DNA of 64,000 bases from Octopus sinensis (taxonomy: Eukaryota). This document shows positions 1 through 14,251 of this stretch, piece by piece. The position numbers and the translations under genes were made by a program. Position 1 is the first letter of the stretch, and the number at the start of each line of letters is the position of its first letter. The notes beneath the pieces were generated by a model, which saw only the letters and a list, made by a program, of their open reading frames with translations, made no database searches and was not told the DNA's origin. Where the stretch lies: contig NC_042997.1 in NCBI RefSeq assembly GCF_006345805.1, positions 159,216,001 to 159,280,000 of the forward strand, written 5' to 3'.

Positions 1-1756
1 AATCTTGAGGATGCATTTCTCCGAGCAGATAATGTACTTTTGAGAATGATTCTAGTTGGATAGGAACATGAACAAACCTCCTTTTTCATCAAAACAAAAT
101 TTCTTTGTAAATATGTAATTGAAACTGAAAACTCAAAGCAAATTAATTTGTTTTCTTTTTTCTTTAAATACAGAAAATGATAACTAAAAATTATTATTTA
201 TGGAAAAAAAAAAATTATTATTTATGGAAAAAAAAATTTCTACGCATTGAAATAAGTCCAAGATTGGGTGTTAGATGTCTTCATCTAAAACTCATATAAA
301 TGAATGACTACTTTCCCTAATTAAACTTCCATTATTTTATGCCAATATGGTTGAAATTATAATAATTATTTCAAAATCCCAAAGTTAATTTTATCTCAAA
401 ATATCAGAGAAATGGCTCTTAATTTCATAAACAAAAACTTCTTAGCCGATAATTTGTATGAAGCAAATGAAGATGGAACAACAGTATTTGAATATTTTGC
501 AAAGTTTCTAGTATTTGACTGGCCCAAGTTAAAATGCTGCTGAGATAGATTTTGCTTTTATTTCCCTTGAGGTTAATAAATACGAAATATAAAATGAAGA
601 CCAAAATCAATTTAGAATGCCTCATCCTCTTCAAAGGGGCTTTGTGCCAAGAGAACAAGAAATCAATATCTGTAAGATGCCATCAGTTATTCTATATATT
701 CATCTACCAAATTAGAAATTTGTTAAATTTAACAGAAGACAAGCAGAGAAACCCACAGAGAATTGCTGTCATTTTAGGAGCCGTTCAAGAGAAGATGGAC
801 ATGTTTACATCATCTTGCAGTAGAACTCATATCCTCCCATGAGTCAAGAACTGACAATGGAAAATCTCCTTTACTGCATCTTTCCATGAACCACTACCTA
901 AAAATGAAGTCTTCAATATACCCTCAATGTTGTAAGATGTTGTAGGACGATTGATAAATGACAAGCAACAGATTATATTGATTATTTGTGTGGAAAGCAC
1001 ATAGAATCAGGAAGATAAAAGACATTGCAATTATCAAATAAAGAAACTTAGGAAATATTTTAACACAAGCTTTTGAAAGATTTCCATTTACGTTTGGAAA
1101 AGCCAAACTGGCTTAACAGTATTTTATCATTTGAGAATTCAGATGGTTGCTCCTTATAGGGCCTTATGATGAAGGTATCTGAGGACTATCCCCATGACCT
1201 TCTCAGGAATAGAGGATATTGAAAATGGATGGATGAATAGATAGATAGAAAGATGGAAGCATTTAGAATCTGACTATTAGAAATATTCTCTTTCCATAAT
1301 AGATAAAATGATGTAATAAAGTTATATATTTTGGTAGAAATTCAAATATTTCAATACTTAATTTTAAAATTTTAATTTCCACTGTTGATAACAGACACAG
1401 CTATAATTATTCTAACACAGGGATGAAGTCTGAAAGTTACAAGAAGGGAGTTAATCAATAACATCCACCCCAATACTTAACTGGTACTTTGGTTTATCAA
1501 CCATAAATGAATAAAAGGGAAAAAGAGCCCTTAGAAGGGCTCTTTGAACTCAGAAAGTAAAGAGCTGAAACAAATACTTAATGACTCAAACATCCACTGC
1601 TCTTTAGAGTGCCAGATTTGTGGTATTTAGTTTCAGCCTTTTAGGTTCCTTGTTCAAATTCTACCTAGGTCAAATTTACCTTTTCTTCTTACAAACTCAA
1701 TAAAATGAGGTACAGGGTTCAATATAAGCGACTGTTCTATTGAACAAAATTTTTTG

Positions 1757-2225
1757 CGTTGACCACCAGATAAGGGATCGTGGGACCCTATCAAAGGCTT
1801 TCTCCAAGTCAACAAAAGCCAAGACAGAGGTTTATCTTTGGCGAGATTATTTTCCTGTAGTTACCTTACCAGAAATATAGCATCAGTGGTGCTTCTGCCT
1901 GGCACAAAACCAAACTGCATCTCTTCTAGGCTAACTCTCTCCCTAATTAGTTGGGCTATGACCTTCTCTGTAACTTTCATCACTTGATACAATAATTTGA
2001 TACCCCTGTAGTTATTTCTATCTAAAGCATCACCTTTACCTTTGTAGCAGTTAACTATGGTGCTGCTACACCAGTCATTGGGTATGACTCCTTCATGAAC
2101 TACCTGATTTACGATGCGGGTAACATGACCATAACCCACACCGCCTGATATTTTAAGCATCTCAACAGTGATTCCTGATGGGCCAGGTGCTTTCCCTGTC
2201 TTCATATCCTTAATTACTGAAAAAA
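1757..2225 (-). mobile_element. RTE-clade LINE reverse-transcriptase fragment (degenerate)
   Basis: Translates to KDMKTGKAPGPSGITVEMLK...IPNDW..STIVNCYKGKGDALDRNNYRGIKLL...QFGFVPGRSTTDAIFLVR. After a stop and frameshift it continues with an FVDLEKAFDRVPR-like motif. These are canonical non-LTR RT motifs. Confidence 0.9.
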
Positions 2226-2440
2226 TATCTGAAAACTTTAGAAATACCCTACAATCTAGGTGTATTGCAAAAGTCGGCATTACTTGAAACTGCACGCATA
2301 TTGCGTAAAGTACTGTATATCTGAGGTCCTTGTAATTTGACAAACAGTACAAAGCCCTAGAAGACACAATATCTTCAATCAACAACCTCACGATATTGTA
2401 TACAGTGCAATGTTTATAATAATAATGATAATAATAATAA
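2226..2440 (+). mobile_element. R4/Dong-like LINE 3' end with (AAT)n tail
   Basis: Reads KTLEIPYNLGVLQKSALLETARILRKVLYI*, the typical C-terminus after the restriction-like endonuclease. The 3'UTR is shared with 61100-61250. Confidence 0.75.
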
Positions 2441-4345
2441 CCATGCACACTAGCAGAGAAAGTTTTCAGGCTAGATGCTCTACCTAATGCAAACAACACA
2501 ACTATAACAAGCCAACAAGAGAGCTTTTATATGATCTCTGTCTTAACCTTCTAAAACTAACAACAAAACCTTCCTTAAATCACATTCTGCCATCTAAAAG
2601 TGAAAAAAAAAAAAAAAAAGACAGGGCTGTCAAAGCTGGAAAGCCTTCAACCATAGACCTATTTCACAAGGCAGTAAGGGTAAACAAAACAGCTCAACCA
2701 TAAAATAACTGTACAACCTATAGTAAATCAGACAGATTGAGGTTTACATTATGTACCTTGCTTAAGGACATAACACAATGGCTGCAGTATGGGTTGAAAT
2801 AATGTCTACTAGTTGTGTATCACCTGAACTTTGGTTCAATTGTCCTTTATATATTCTGTTAAAATTATAATTAATACTGCACAACCAAAATATAATAAAA
2901 GCATATGGAAAAATAAATAAAAACATATACAGAAACAAAACTTCTCTGTTAACAGCTCCAATCAGTATTTAAAACAAAGTATTTTCTAATTGCAAATGAA
3001 CACCCAATAACGATATATATCACCTGTTAGTAAGCATAATCAAAACCATTGGAAGAATCAGGATTAAGTGCAAGCATGGCTATGTGTTTAAAAAGATTAC
3101 CTCCCAAGCATGGGGCCTTGGGTTCAGTTCTGCTGCATGGAATACTGGGCAAGTGTCTTCTACTATAGCACTGAACCAAGCAAAACTGTGTGAGTAGATT
3201 CGGTAAACAGAAATTGAAAGCCCATTGTAAGTAAATGTATGAGTGTGTGTGTGTGTGTGCTTATCTTTACATGTCATGGTTGTAAAGGAACAACATCATC
3301 ATAACAAATGATATTTGTTTCCAGTTGTCCAGGTAAAACTTGACTGGCTGTGGGGAAATATTACCTTCATTGGAAACAGGTAAGGTGTGGTAACAGGAAG
3401 GGTATGTGGTCATAGAAAATCAGCCATAACAAAATCCATCTGACTCATGCAAGCAGAGAAAGGTGAGTATTAAATGATGATGACGGTGATGATGATGATG
3501 TGATAATGAAGATGACGATAATAATGATGACAATGATAATGGTGATGATGACAACGACAGTAATGATGACGACGGTGATGGATATGAAGTATAAACTGAG
3601 CAATGTAAACTAACTTCTCGAAATATTAGTCTATAAATAAACCAGCTATCTTCAATTTCTCATCTGGAAAAATTATTATTTTTCTGTCAAAAGTTTACAA
3701 CAGAGTTCTCATTGATTGACCAAAATCAATATATATATATATATTTACCAATCAAAATATATTTGGATGAGCAATATAATTTCTGTTGTGCATCATTTTA
3801 TTCATTTGTTCATCGTTTTATTTTTATATTGATTAACCTTATGGCGCATCGTTGGTGTGATCAATCACAGAAGATCAAAGCAAATTAATTTTGACTTTGA
3901 TCTCATATGACTTTATAAATAACATAAATTAACTAGAAAATCTGAGATGAATTTGTCTCAAATTTGCATGCAATTTTAGAAAATTCAATCCATAACAAAA
4001 ATGTTACAAAACAAAAAATTGGTTGATGAAAATTAGCATCAGTTTTATTCTTTATAAAAACAACTATTTGAAAACAATAGCATCAGGTTTTCAATTGGTT
4101 ATTCACTGGTTCACTGCATTTCTGATTATTAGAGTGACAAAGAATTGACTAACTTGATGCAGAACAAATATCTCAAGGGAGTTGATTTATAAAATCCTAC
4201 CTTCTCGTTTTCATGCTGATGCTCATATTTTTGACCAAATCTACTCATGCATGCATGCATTCATTCACACGTGTGTGTGTGTGAGAGAGAGAGAAAGAGA
4301 GTGTGATAGTGCTGAAAAATTTCTTTCTTTCGTTCATTCGTACGT

Positions 4346-4975
4346 ACACTTTCGCCATAACATATCTTTACTCTTGTTACACTGTCTTCTGCACATGTGT
4401 GCTTATAGTTGGTATTATTGTGGTGACATGATCAAAGTTTGAGAGTCTGATTGTGCCACTTTTCTTTCTAGCTTTACAGTGTAAGCATGGCTGCTCTACT
4501 AGCAATGTGCACCAAAGAAGAACAAAGAGCAAAGATCCGAGAGATGGTAATGGTGAACCGGTTCACCATTATCACATCTCGAGCTTGCTGAATCTTCTCA
4601 GTGGTCTAGGTTGGCAGGTGTCCTGCTCCTTGTTCGTGCATCATGTTTCTGCGGCCACTTTTAAACTTCTTGATCCACTCATATACACTTCTGCACAATA
4701 GTGTACTGTCCTGTTATTGCACTAAAAGCCTCTGATGAATTTTAGCACCTGACACACCTTCTGACCAGAGAAATCGGATCACTGCTCTTTGTCCTTCTTT
4801 GGTGCCCGTTACTAGTGGAGCGGTCATACTTACACTGAAAAATGGCAGGATCAGGCTCAAACTTCGATCATGTGAACATAATAGTGCCAACTATTATCAC
4901 GCATGTGCAGAAGGCAGTGTGACAATAATAAAGATATGCTATTGTGAAAGTGCGAATAATTTTTGACTTACACAC
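4346..4975. mobile_element. Non-autonomous mariner derivative with long inverted arms (copy 1)
   Basis: The ends are reverse complements over more than 150 nt. The minus strand encodes a degenerate mariner N-terminus: TKEGQRAVIRFLWSEGVSGAKIHQRLL...RSVYEWIKKFKSGR. Confidence 0.85.
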
Positions 4976-7900
4976 ACAAAATTTTTTCACCTTTGTTGAA
5001 TTTTACCTTTCTGTGTGTGTGTTTGTGTGTTTGCTACTTTGTTTGATCTAACAAATGCACACGCATAGAAGGACATACACATGCATGTGTGCATGTCCAC
5101 AAACTCACTGTCTCCTCCCATTCTCTGTCACCTTCTGTCACGCACACATGCATGCACACATACACACACACACAATTTTTTTGCTTAGTTTTCATCTAAC
5201 AGATTTCAGTCACAAGACAGTGATCAACCTAAGGTCAAAGCAGAACACACCTGCTCAGGTGTTGTACAGTGAAGCCGCAATCATACAGTTATGAAGAAAA
5301 CTTCATAATCATACAACCATGAATACATTGTATTTTTGTTCAGATTTTCTTTCTCTTGATTATAGAAGGCAAAAAAAAAAAAAAAAAAAAAATAGCTAGA
5401 GTGTTAGAGTAACTGTTTTTATAATTGGATGCCCTTTCTATGAGTAAGTGCACTTCTGTGATGCAGCAGTTACACCTGTTCCTAGAAAAGTTATAAAATC
5501 TAATTAAAAAGTCTTACCATATTACTAGTATTAGGAAACATGTTATTAAAACTGACAAAACATGTTTTGTAATGCAAATGGCCCAGTGGTTAGGGTAGCG
5601 GACTTGCGGTCGGAGGATCGTGGTTTCGATTCCCACACCGGGCGTTATGTGTGTTTATTGAGTGAAAACACCTAAAGCTCCACGAGTTTCCAGCAGGGGG
5701 GGGGGGCGACCCCTGTTGTACTCTTTGAAGGCGGCGAGCTGGCAGAATCGTTAGCACACCAGGCGAAATGCTTAGTGGTATTTCGCCTGCCATTATTGTT
5801 GAAATTCTCATAATGCTCTTTATATTTGATACAATTTATTTTTTTCACATAAATTGTTTCAAACTATACTCCTCACTTGAGCATAGCCTAGGTTAAACTT
5901 ATTTTTAGTAGCATGCCAAATACATACAAATGGACATTATAAAAACCAGCTAATTATCTTATACTGAAATATAAAATAGTCAAACTCCAAGTAATTGTTG
6001 TTAAAATGAAGAGATAAGATGATGAAATATTAGTGACATCAGCTGTCAATTGAAACAGTAATAAGATATCATAGAAAAATACTTTTTTAAATATTCCTTC
6101 AGACATTCTGCTTAAGAAAGTTAAGTGTCTTCATGCTTAGAAGACAATGGGACCGAATATCGGTGAATTATAAAACATGGATCATCCCTTCATGAATATA
6201 CTTTCGTTTATTCATATTTGGATATTTTTATTTGAATGCTCAATAACAAGTTTATTTGTTTTGAATCTCATAAATGTGATTCTGTATTTTGTAATGTACA
6301 AACAGCAGAAGCCTTTGTCTCCAAAGGGTTAAGTAAATAATAGCTTATAGATTACAAGTAAATAACAGTTTGCTGGAAAGATACAGTAAAAGGATTTCTA
6401 AGTGCAGGAACCATAATGTTAATAACAAACTAACGTCAATTAAGAGAGGAGAAACAAGCATCAGAACTCTGAAATCTGCAATGAATGAGATTAATCCTAA
6501 TTGAACAAACCAAATAAACATACATTTACTGTATACTCTAACAGAATAAATAGAATTAATTGCTCGACTATCTGTAATTAGAGGTATCCAGAAATCAGTA
6601 TTCAACCTCATTGATTTTAGGGGATGGCTGCGAGTTGCAATGTTAGTAGAACAAGAAAAACTGCTACAACCAGGAATAAAACATAGCTTGCTTGATCATT
6701 CATGGGGAGGCTATTACATAAACAATAGACCTTATTTCAATGTTCAATATTAAACTCAAAATTATACAAACACACAGACATGCACTGTATATATAACACA
6801 CTTATCTGCAGTGAAATTTGTACTTTTAGTATATATTATTATCTACTCGAAATTGGTAATCTGCTGCCTTGTATATCATATAACATTCCAAGAGTTACAG
6901 CATCAGTCCAAGCTAAAATGCTCACTGTCTCAATGGTCAAGAGATTCAAGGCTCTCTGTACAATAAATGAATACTTTATTATATTGCAATACAGAGTACA
7001 AATCACAAATTAGCAATGGAAAACTCCAGCCACTATTTGTCTATTCTTGAATCACTTGAATCACAAAGTCTTCTATGATGTCCCAATGACCTAAAATATT
7101 ACACAATTCATTAAAAATAATCATTGCTACTGTCATTAAAGATCAATCATTCACAGATCTCTGGTACCCCTTGATAATGCACAATTCAAATTTATAGAGT
7201 ATTAAGAGGATGACAGACAAATATACCAAGATAAGGAATATAGTTTATTATCAAGAGGAAAGCACTTTCCATGAGAAATGCTTAATTCATTACTACAAAT
7301 TGAAACGAGTAAAGACTCCCTACGGTCATGAATGACCATGGGATTGCACCTAGAAGGTTACCCTCCAAGGCACAAGTCAGGGCAAGGTTGTTTATGGAAG
7401 ACCAGCCTTCCCTCTCCAAGGGAAAGGCAAAGGCCAATACAGCTTGGCACCAGTGACATTGCAACTCACTTCTACTGCTAAGTTAACTGGAATGTGAAAT
7501 AAAGTGTCTTGCTCAAGAATACAACACACAACCTGGACTGGGAATTGAATTCACTATCTCATGATTGTGAGTCCAATGCTCTAACCACTGAGCCAGGCAA
7601 TGACACACTTATTACTTTTACAGTTGAGCTATTTGTTAAAGTGGTGATTTACATGCTATATTATGGTACCTGCTTACATCTAGCTAGACTGATGCATTGA
7701 CAAAGATCAGCAATAATGAGAGAAATATGAACTGCCAATCCTCAGCTGATTGCATTACATTGTATAAACTTAGAAATCCAGGGCATTTTAATGCCATTGT
7801 GCTGCTGCTGCTGCTACTACTATTACTACTGCTGCAACAACTACCAACAATGTATTTAATAGTGCAAGTTTAATAATTTCTTACAAGTGGGAGTAATATT

Positions 7901-9156
7901 ATCATGTTTGCAGAAATGATGTGAAGAACAACCCATCATCCGGAGGCAAAGTATTGCACCAATACGAAATAATTCAAAAGTGAAAATATTTATAATATAA
8001 TAATAATAATAATAATAATTAAATCATTGTATACAGTGCTCAGGTGCACCACAACTTGTCAAAAGTGCATATAAAGCATATGGTGCCTGTAACAGAAGAT
8101 TTAATGAGTGATTCCTGAATTCCTATGAAATTACACCTTCAATATGTATTACAGTATCAGTATCTTCCAACATTGCTGAAGGGAAAAGGTAGGACATCAG
8201 TAATTAGGAATTCATATATATTAAAGAGCTACAATTAAATTCTGTAACTGGAGAAGAAGAATCCTAAAATAATTACTTTCCAAAGAAGAAATACTGCTGT
8301 GGAATTCTTACATAGATAGGTATCAGATTTATTTATTGTGCATGGCTTAGTGGTTAGGGTATTCAGCTCACGATTGTAAGGCCGAGAGTTCAATTTACAG
8401 CAACATGTTGTGTCCTTCAGAAAGATACTTTATTTCATGTTGCTTCAGTCCACTCAACTGGCAAAAATGAGTAGTACCTGTATTTCAAAGGGCAAGCCTT
8501 ATCACAATCTGTGTTACACTGAATATCCCTGACAACTATGTTAAGGGTACGCATGTCTGTGGAGTGGTCATTGATCAGATCAACTGAAATCCTCATTGTC
8601 ATTGTGACAGAATGCCATTTATTTATTGCAAATGGTATGTAGACTCTGCAAGGTGTTTAACATTTTCCAAAAAATATTAGTGACATTGAGCAAAGGGAAA
8701 TAGATACAACAGGAAACAGAAGTATTAACTTTCATTTACTAGAAACTTACTTAATGAAGTTGATGAACCTTACATTAGTCATGATGAAGTAAATTTATTA
8801 TGGAAAATATTCCAACCATCATTAACCCACTTTTTTTCCATTTAGGCATCAGACTACATTATCCAAAATGTTCTTTTTTAAAGACGAGAGTATAATTTGA
8901 GAGAGATTTGGCTGTTATTTCTAAAAGGTGTTGCAACCTTGATTCATAACTCAAGAATTGTTGTTGTTTACCCCAAGGTTAGCCTTGACTGATTAGATCT
9001 ATGATCAAAAGCTTTCTAGTCATGGCTCTTTGTGTTCTGAATTCATATCCTGCCTAGTTCAACTTAGCCCTTCATCACTATAGTACTTAACCAGAGTAGT
9101 GGAGTGGCAGAACTGTTAGAAGACTATGCGAGTTGACTGGCGGTAACTGCTTTAGT

Positions 9157-9167
9157 TCTTTTATTCA
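9157..9167 (-). promoter_or_regulatory. Candidate polyadenylation signal AATAAA overlapping the stop codon
   Basis: The minus strand reads gtc TGA ATAAAA. AATAAA is common in AT-rich DNA, so its use is unproven. Confidence 0.3.
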
Positions 9168-9313
9168 GACAGCAAAATCTGTGATGATTCTGGAACCATA
9201 CTGTATCAGTCCAATTGGCACCTTTTCTATTAAAGAGATATCAGTGGCATTAAAAGGGGAGATTTGTAGAATGGACAAATGGTAGTCTTCCTCAAAAGAA
9301 GTTTTACTCAGGC
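9165..9313 (-). CDS. Terminal coding exon (G-LSKTSFEEDYHLSILQISPFNATDISLIEKVPIGLIQYGSRIITDFAV*)
   Basis: Acceptor atatttgtgcAG. The phase-1 start completes G|GC with the 11055 exon; TGA at 9167-9165. Confidence 0.8.
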
Positions 9314-11054
9314 CTGCACAAATATATGCAGATACATGGTCAATGCTGACTGACAATGTCACATACAAGTGTGAGTGTGTGTGATAGAGAGAGAGAGAAG
9401 GGAAAGGAGAGACAGAGAATGGAGAGAACAGAAGAAAATGAGAGAGAAACAAAGAAAAGTACAAATTACACACATCTACAAAATCAATAATATCTTAAAA
9501 GGAATTCAATTGATAAGCTAATAAAAATGAAGTGAAGGAAGATCTATCAGAAGTAAATAATGACCTTGAATTAGACAATCTGACAAGGTCATACTTTCTA
9601 TGGTTCATGCCAAATTAGAAGGAAAAGAAAGAATATAAAATAAAATCACTAAAACGATGATGATGATGACAACAATGATGATGACGACAATGATGATGAC
9701 GACAATGATGATGACGACAATGATGATGACGACAATGATGATGAGAATGATGCTGATCATGATGATGATGGTGGTGGTGGTGGTGATGATAATAGTATAC
9801 CAAATGTTATTGTTTGCATAAAACAAGTAATGTAAAGGTGTCCCCAAATGTTTAAGTCAAATTATGAAATAATTTTAACAATAAACAGAAAATGTGTCAA
9901 CTGAAGTGGAAACCTTCATTGACGCTAGACTTGCTTTATCAAACCAAAGAGTTTTACATGCAACTAAGTAATATTAACATAACATAAGCAATAAATACAT
10001 AAAGTATGAGCCAAAGTGCAAGTAAACAACTAATAATATTTATTCACAAATTAGTGGGAGTAAAAAAAAAATTGATTGCAAAGGACTGAGTCTATTTAAA
10101 GTGAAAACTCGCCATTTTTTATATGGAAATAATGTGTAGTACTGTGGACAAGATGAAAGAGGAGCAAAACCACACAGCAGTGAATTTTAAATACGTGTGC
10201 GAACTGATGAATTATATAGAACTTGCTATTTTGATAATCTAATCAACTGCATCATTGTAAACTAAAACATAATGTTACACTTTTGCTTGAATTTAATTTT
10301 CTTCTTCCATTATTACTTTTATTTTTTTTTTTTTTACTAATTTTAATAAATCATTAAAAATATTTTTTTTTTTTAATAATTGAAAATTTTGAAATACTCA
10401 AGAAACCCTACAGATGTCATTGATTAAACTTTGTTTCCGAGGCTGGTGTTTTAATTATTGAACGTAATTTCAGTTTTAATAGTATGTTAGAGGAAATATC
10501 ATGCATACATTTGGCAGCTATATTTTTCAATTTCTGAGGAGACGAAGAAAAAAGAATGAGGCTGCCATTATGATAAAGCTGAAGGAAAAAACATTAAAAT
10601 ATTTCAATGTAACATTAAATATTTGCTTCAAATTAGATAAAATAGACATTTGCATGCCTTGTGAGTTCCAATTAATGAAAACAGCATTGCAGATTACAGA
10701 ATTAAAACCGCCTTGAATTTCAGCAGTAAGTTATTATTTTTGTCATCTGATTGACTAGACTTTAGCAAAATTGTCAGCAAATGTATATTTTATGTTTATT
10801 AATATATTATGTTTTCATGGTTAATTTTACAAATTTATCACAGCTGACATTTGCTTTAGATAATAAAACATTAATAGAAACAAACAATGCAACTTCAGTT
10901 AGGAAAATAAAGATAGCCATTTTGTGCATGTATGTATGCATATGATGTGTAATAGTTGTGCATAATAAACTTACTTGAGAGGTGAGGTTAGTGAAATACA
11001 TTTTCTATCAAAATATGCACAGGTTACACAATAAATTGTTTGTTGTCAACTCAC

Positions 11055-11163
11055 CCCAGATGGCCAAATGGCGCTGTGAACACAACCTCGGTTGCAATAG
11101 CTCAATGACTCCGTCTACAAAAGTTGGACGCACTAGGTATAAAAATGTGCTGGTAAATACATA
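11055..11163 (-). CDS. Internal coding exon (YVFTSTFLYLVRPTFVDGVIELLQPRLCSQRHLAIW-G)
   Basis: Acceptor gtcatcttcAG and donor tgg g|GTGAGT; 109 nt, phase 0 to 1, open and protein-like. Confidence 0.85.
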
Positions 11164-12435
11164 CTGAAGATGACACCACGAAAACAGACCAATTTTACAG
11201 AATACATAGGAGAGAAAGTGTGATATAAATGCAACTGGTACAGCAAGCAACAAAATGGACATGAGAAGATAATGGTATTACACTGCACCAAAACATATAA
11301 AGATATATATATATATATGTATGTATGTATTTATATATATATATATAAGCATGCTAATCAAATATATACTATTTGCAATTATACACAAGACAGAACATGA
11401 AGAAACTAGCAAACACTAATAATATAACTTTGAAATTATTGCAACTGTACAAAAACCAAAAAAGCAGATACACACTCTGAAGCAAAGAACTGATACCAAC
11501 TACATAATATCAACATATGACCCATGCAAGTATCAAACTGAATGATTAATCTGGATCAATGGTCAAGCAAAACTCACTCAAATGAACAGCTGTATTGTTA
11601 TGAAGCAAAATCTATACAACTACTAAATCATATTACTATATTTATGTTAGCTATTAGGTAGAATTAGTAATGAAGCAGAGGAAATAGGTTCAATTTAGTA
11701 AATAGTTACAATCTTACTCCTATTTTACATTACACAACAGGTCTGGTAACAATGTATATAATAAAAGATTGAATCAATAACTACAGGACATAGGAATACC
11801 ATTCACTTAATGCTAAGCATTATTTGTAACAATGTTATAAGCAAGATTGAACATGCTACAATTAGTAATCATATAATTTTAATTAATTATCTGTATGCTT
11901 AAGTGTTGGTAAGGTAGCTGATGAATCAAAAGTTTGTATTCACTGCAAACATTTAATTTTCTCAGTGCAGATCACATCTTCATGCCTCAATCACTCACAA
12001 TGATGAATTTAGATATTTCATCTTCACATAATACTGTCTATAATAAACTGACTGAGTGAGATTGTAAACTTATTCTTGTGGCTTATGAGTTTCTGTGATT
12101 TGAAGAGACTGGAATATTATTGTGCCTTTGGTAGAATGGTTACTTCATGTTTTTTTTTTCCATCTCACAAATGAATTGGATAGTAGATGCACTATTTTAT
12201 TCACTTTTCTTTTGATTGTTCTCAAAAGTCCATAAAAGATGACTGTGTGACCTTATATCATATGAACAGACATTTTGAAAGTAACTTGCATGTCAGAAAA
12301 TATTGAGAATATAATAAGATGAAATTAAAGGAGGCTACAGATGATCACATGAGAACATTATTGGTCTACTTATCAACGAATGGCAGATAAGGAGAGATGA
12401 TAAACGGTATGCTGAACATTATAATGTAAACATTA

Positions 12436-12702
12436 AATAAAAAAATAATAAATGCGCCCTTTTGAAGCCTAGCCAGGCTCATGGGCCCAGTTTCCCGGTT
12501 TCAATAGCGTATGTGTTCCCCAGCTGGACAGGACGCCAGTCCATCGCAGCGTTACTCATTTTTGCCAGCTGAGTGGAGACTGGAGCAATGTGAAATGAAG
12601 TGTTTTGCTCAAGAACACAACGCGTCGCCTGGTCCAGGAATCGAAACCACAATCTTACGATCATGATGCTGACACCCTAACCACTAAGCCACGTGCCTCC
12701 AC
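12436..12702 (-). mobile_element. Near-intact tRNA-derived SINE with a 13-bp target-site duplication
   Basis: tRNA-like head (tggcttagtgg A box, gtttcgattcc B box) and an A-rich tail. TSD aatgtaaacatta at 12423-12435 and 12703-12715; many CpGs are retained. Confidence 0.9.
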
Positions 12703-14203
12703 AATGTAAACATTATAAATGTAATATTATAAATGTAATATTTGTGCAAGTAAATCTCTGAGTGAGCTGAATCCAAGATAGGGTCCAAGTCCTTAATAAG
12801 CCATTTCACTTAATGCGCACCTGACACCTATAATTTTCAGTTTATGGTTTGTGGAGTTAGAGAGGCCCAGTTAAGATGATGACTTCTTGACATACTACAT
12901 GCATTTTACATTCAGTGATTCAATGAACCAAAAATGGTTACCGGACAATTTCTGTTCATATTAAATAAGAACTTAGACAAATAGAAGTAAATTAAGAAAA
13001 TACAGTGAGAGGAAAGTGAGAATGGAACTCATACACTCAAGTAAACATTCAGTCATATAATCACACTATTAAGCATTAGATTTGTTCCATCCATCATGAA
13101 AAAATAAATTCCTTTCATGCTGCATATTAAGTTAGTTGACATTATATAAATTTCCTTGAAAACTTATAAGTTGAAATAATTCTTCAGTGTTACTTACGAA
13201 ATTGCAAACAATTAATTTGTAAGAATGAAGCTTAAATGGTATCCTATAAGGTAATAATTAAAATTAACATCCAGAAAAGGAACAGTGTTATAAAAGTAAT
13301 AAGCTTGGATGTTAACTAGGTGGTTTCAATATCCATTTTGATCAGACAACTTTCATAAGTCTTTCTTTCCATCATTATTGTTTACAAAAGATGTATGAAA
13401 AAGACATGCGATAAAACAGATGGATATATTAACAAACAGAAAAATGAGAAGAGAAATGATGAAAGTTAAAGACAAAGGAGATAAACAGCTATCAAGAAAA
13501 ACAAAGGAACTACCATTAAAGAACAGACAGGTTACTGACTAAAATCTTGATTACAAGGTAGCATTTTACCTCCCGTAATTCCCCAACCTTCCTTACTAAT
13601 TAACAAGTGATATATAACATCATTAAAGTCTCATCCATGCATGTGTTATAATTAAACCCAGTTTTCAAATCATTTCAGTGTTAAATCTGCAATGAACCAG
13701 GCAATATCTAACATCTGGAGCAATATTCTCCAATGGAGACCAAGCTTTTAATTATTTTAATTTTCATTCTAATGTTATCAGTATAAGTTTGCAATACGTG
13801 TAAGCTTCCCTTCCTTACAAATTACACATGCTATCTGTTCAATCTCTGTAGTTATCCCACTTCAGATGATGTAAGATTAGAGTGAGGAAGAAGAAAAAGA
13901 TAACAATACAAACTGACAACATGATATGTGAGAGAGAGAGAGAGAGAAAGATAAGAATAGGTAAGAACTTTTAACTTCTGCGTTAACCAGTGTTAATACT
14001 TCTAGCAGGAATAGCAGTGAGTATGCATATATGGTAGAATACCATTCTGAAAACTTCAGTTCCATCTCTATACAATTTAGGCTTAAAACTTGCATGTGAT
14101 GACTTGGTATTTCATTCCAGTAGGGTTAATAAAACAAGTATTAGTAATATATGCAGATTAATTCAAATTGATTATATTCATCCTCTGAAAAAATAAAACT
14201 GAC

Positions 14204-14251
14204 CTTGCGCCTACGTAAGACATCAATATTCACAGAAGGAAATGGGATGTG
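14204..14251 (-). CDS. 48-nt internal coding exon (HIPFPSVNIDVLRRRK)
   Basis: Strong acceptor ctttttttttctacAG and donor aag|GTCAGT; phase 0/0, in frame with the flanking exons. Confidence 0.75.

Noticed and set aside
1861-2499. 212-aa ORF as a host gene
   Set aside because: It is a chimera: the antisense of an R4/Dong 3' end runs into an RTE reverse-transcriptase fragment, with stops and frameshifts just downstream.
9000-9160. SECIS element in the 3'UTR (to explain the TGA near 27139)
   Set aside because: The ATGA...AA...GA spacing does not give the required helix, and the region resembles a decayed SINE.
9605-9847. His- or Ile/Val-rich ORFs here, and the many CV/YI/HT-repeat ORFs elsewhere
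   Set aside because: They are translations of (GAT/GAC)n, (GT)n and (AT)n microsatellites.
11164-11185. CTGAAGA-tgacaccac-GAAA on the plus strand
   Set aside because: There is no closing helix II pair and no helix I/III. It is explained by the minus-strand splice acceptor.
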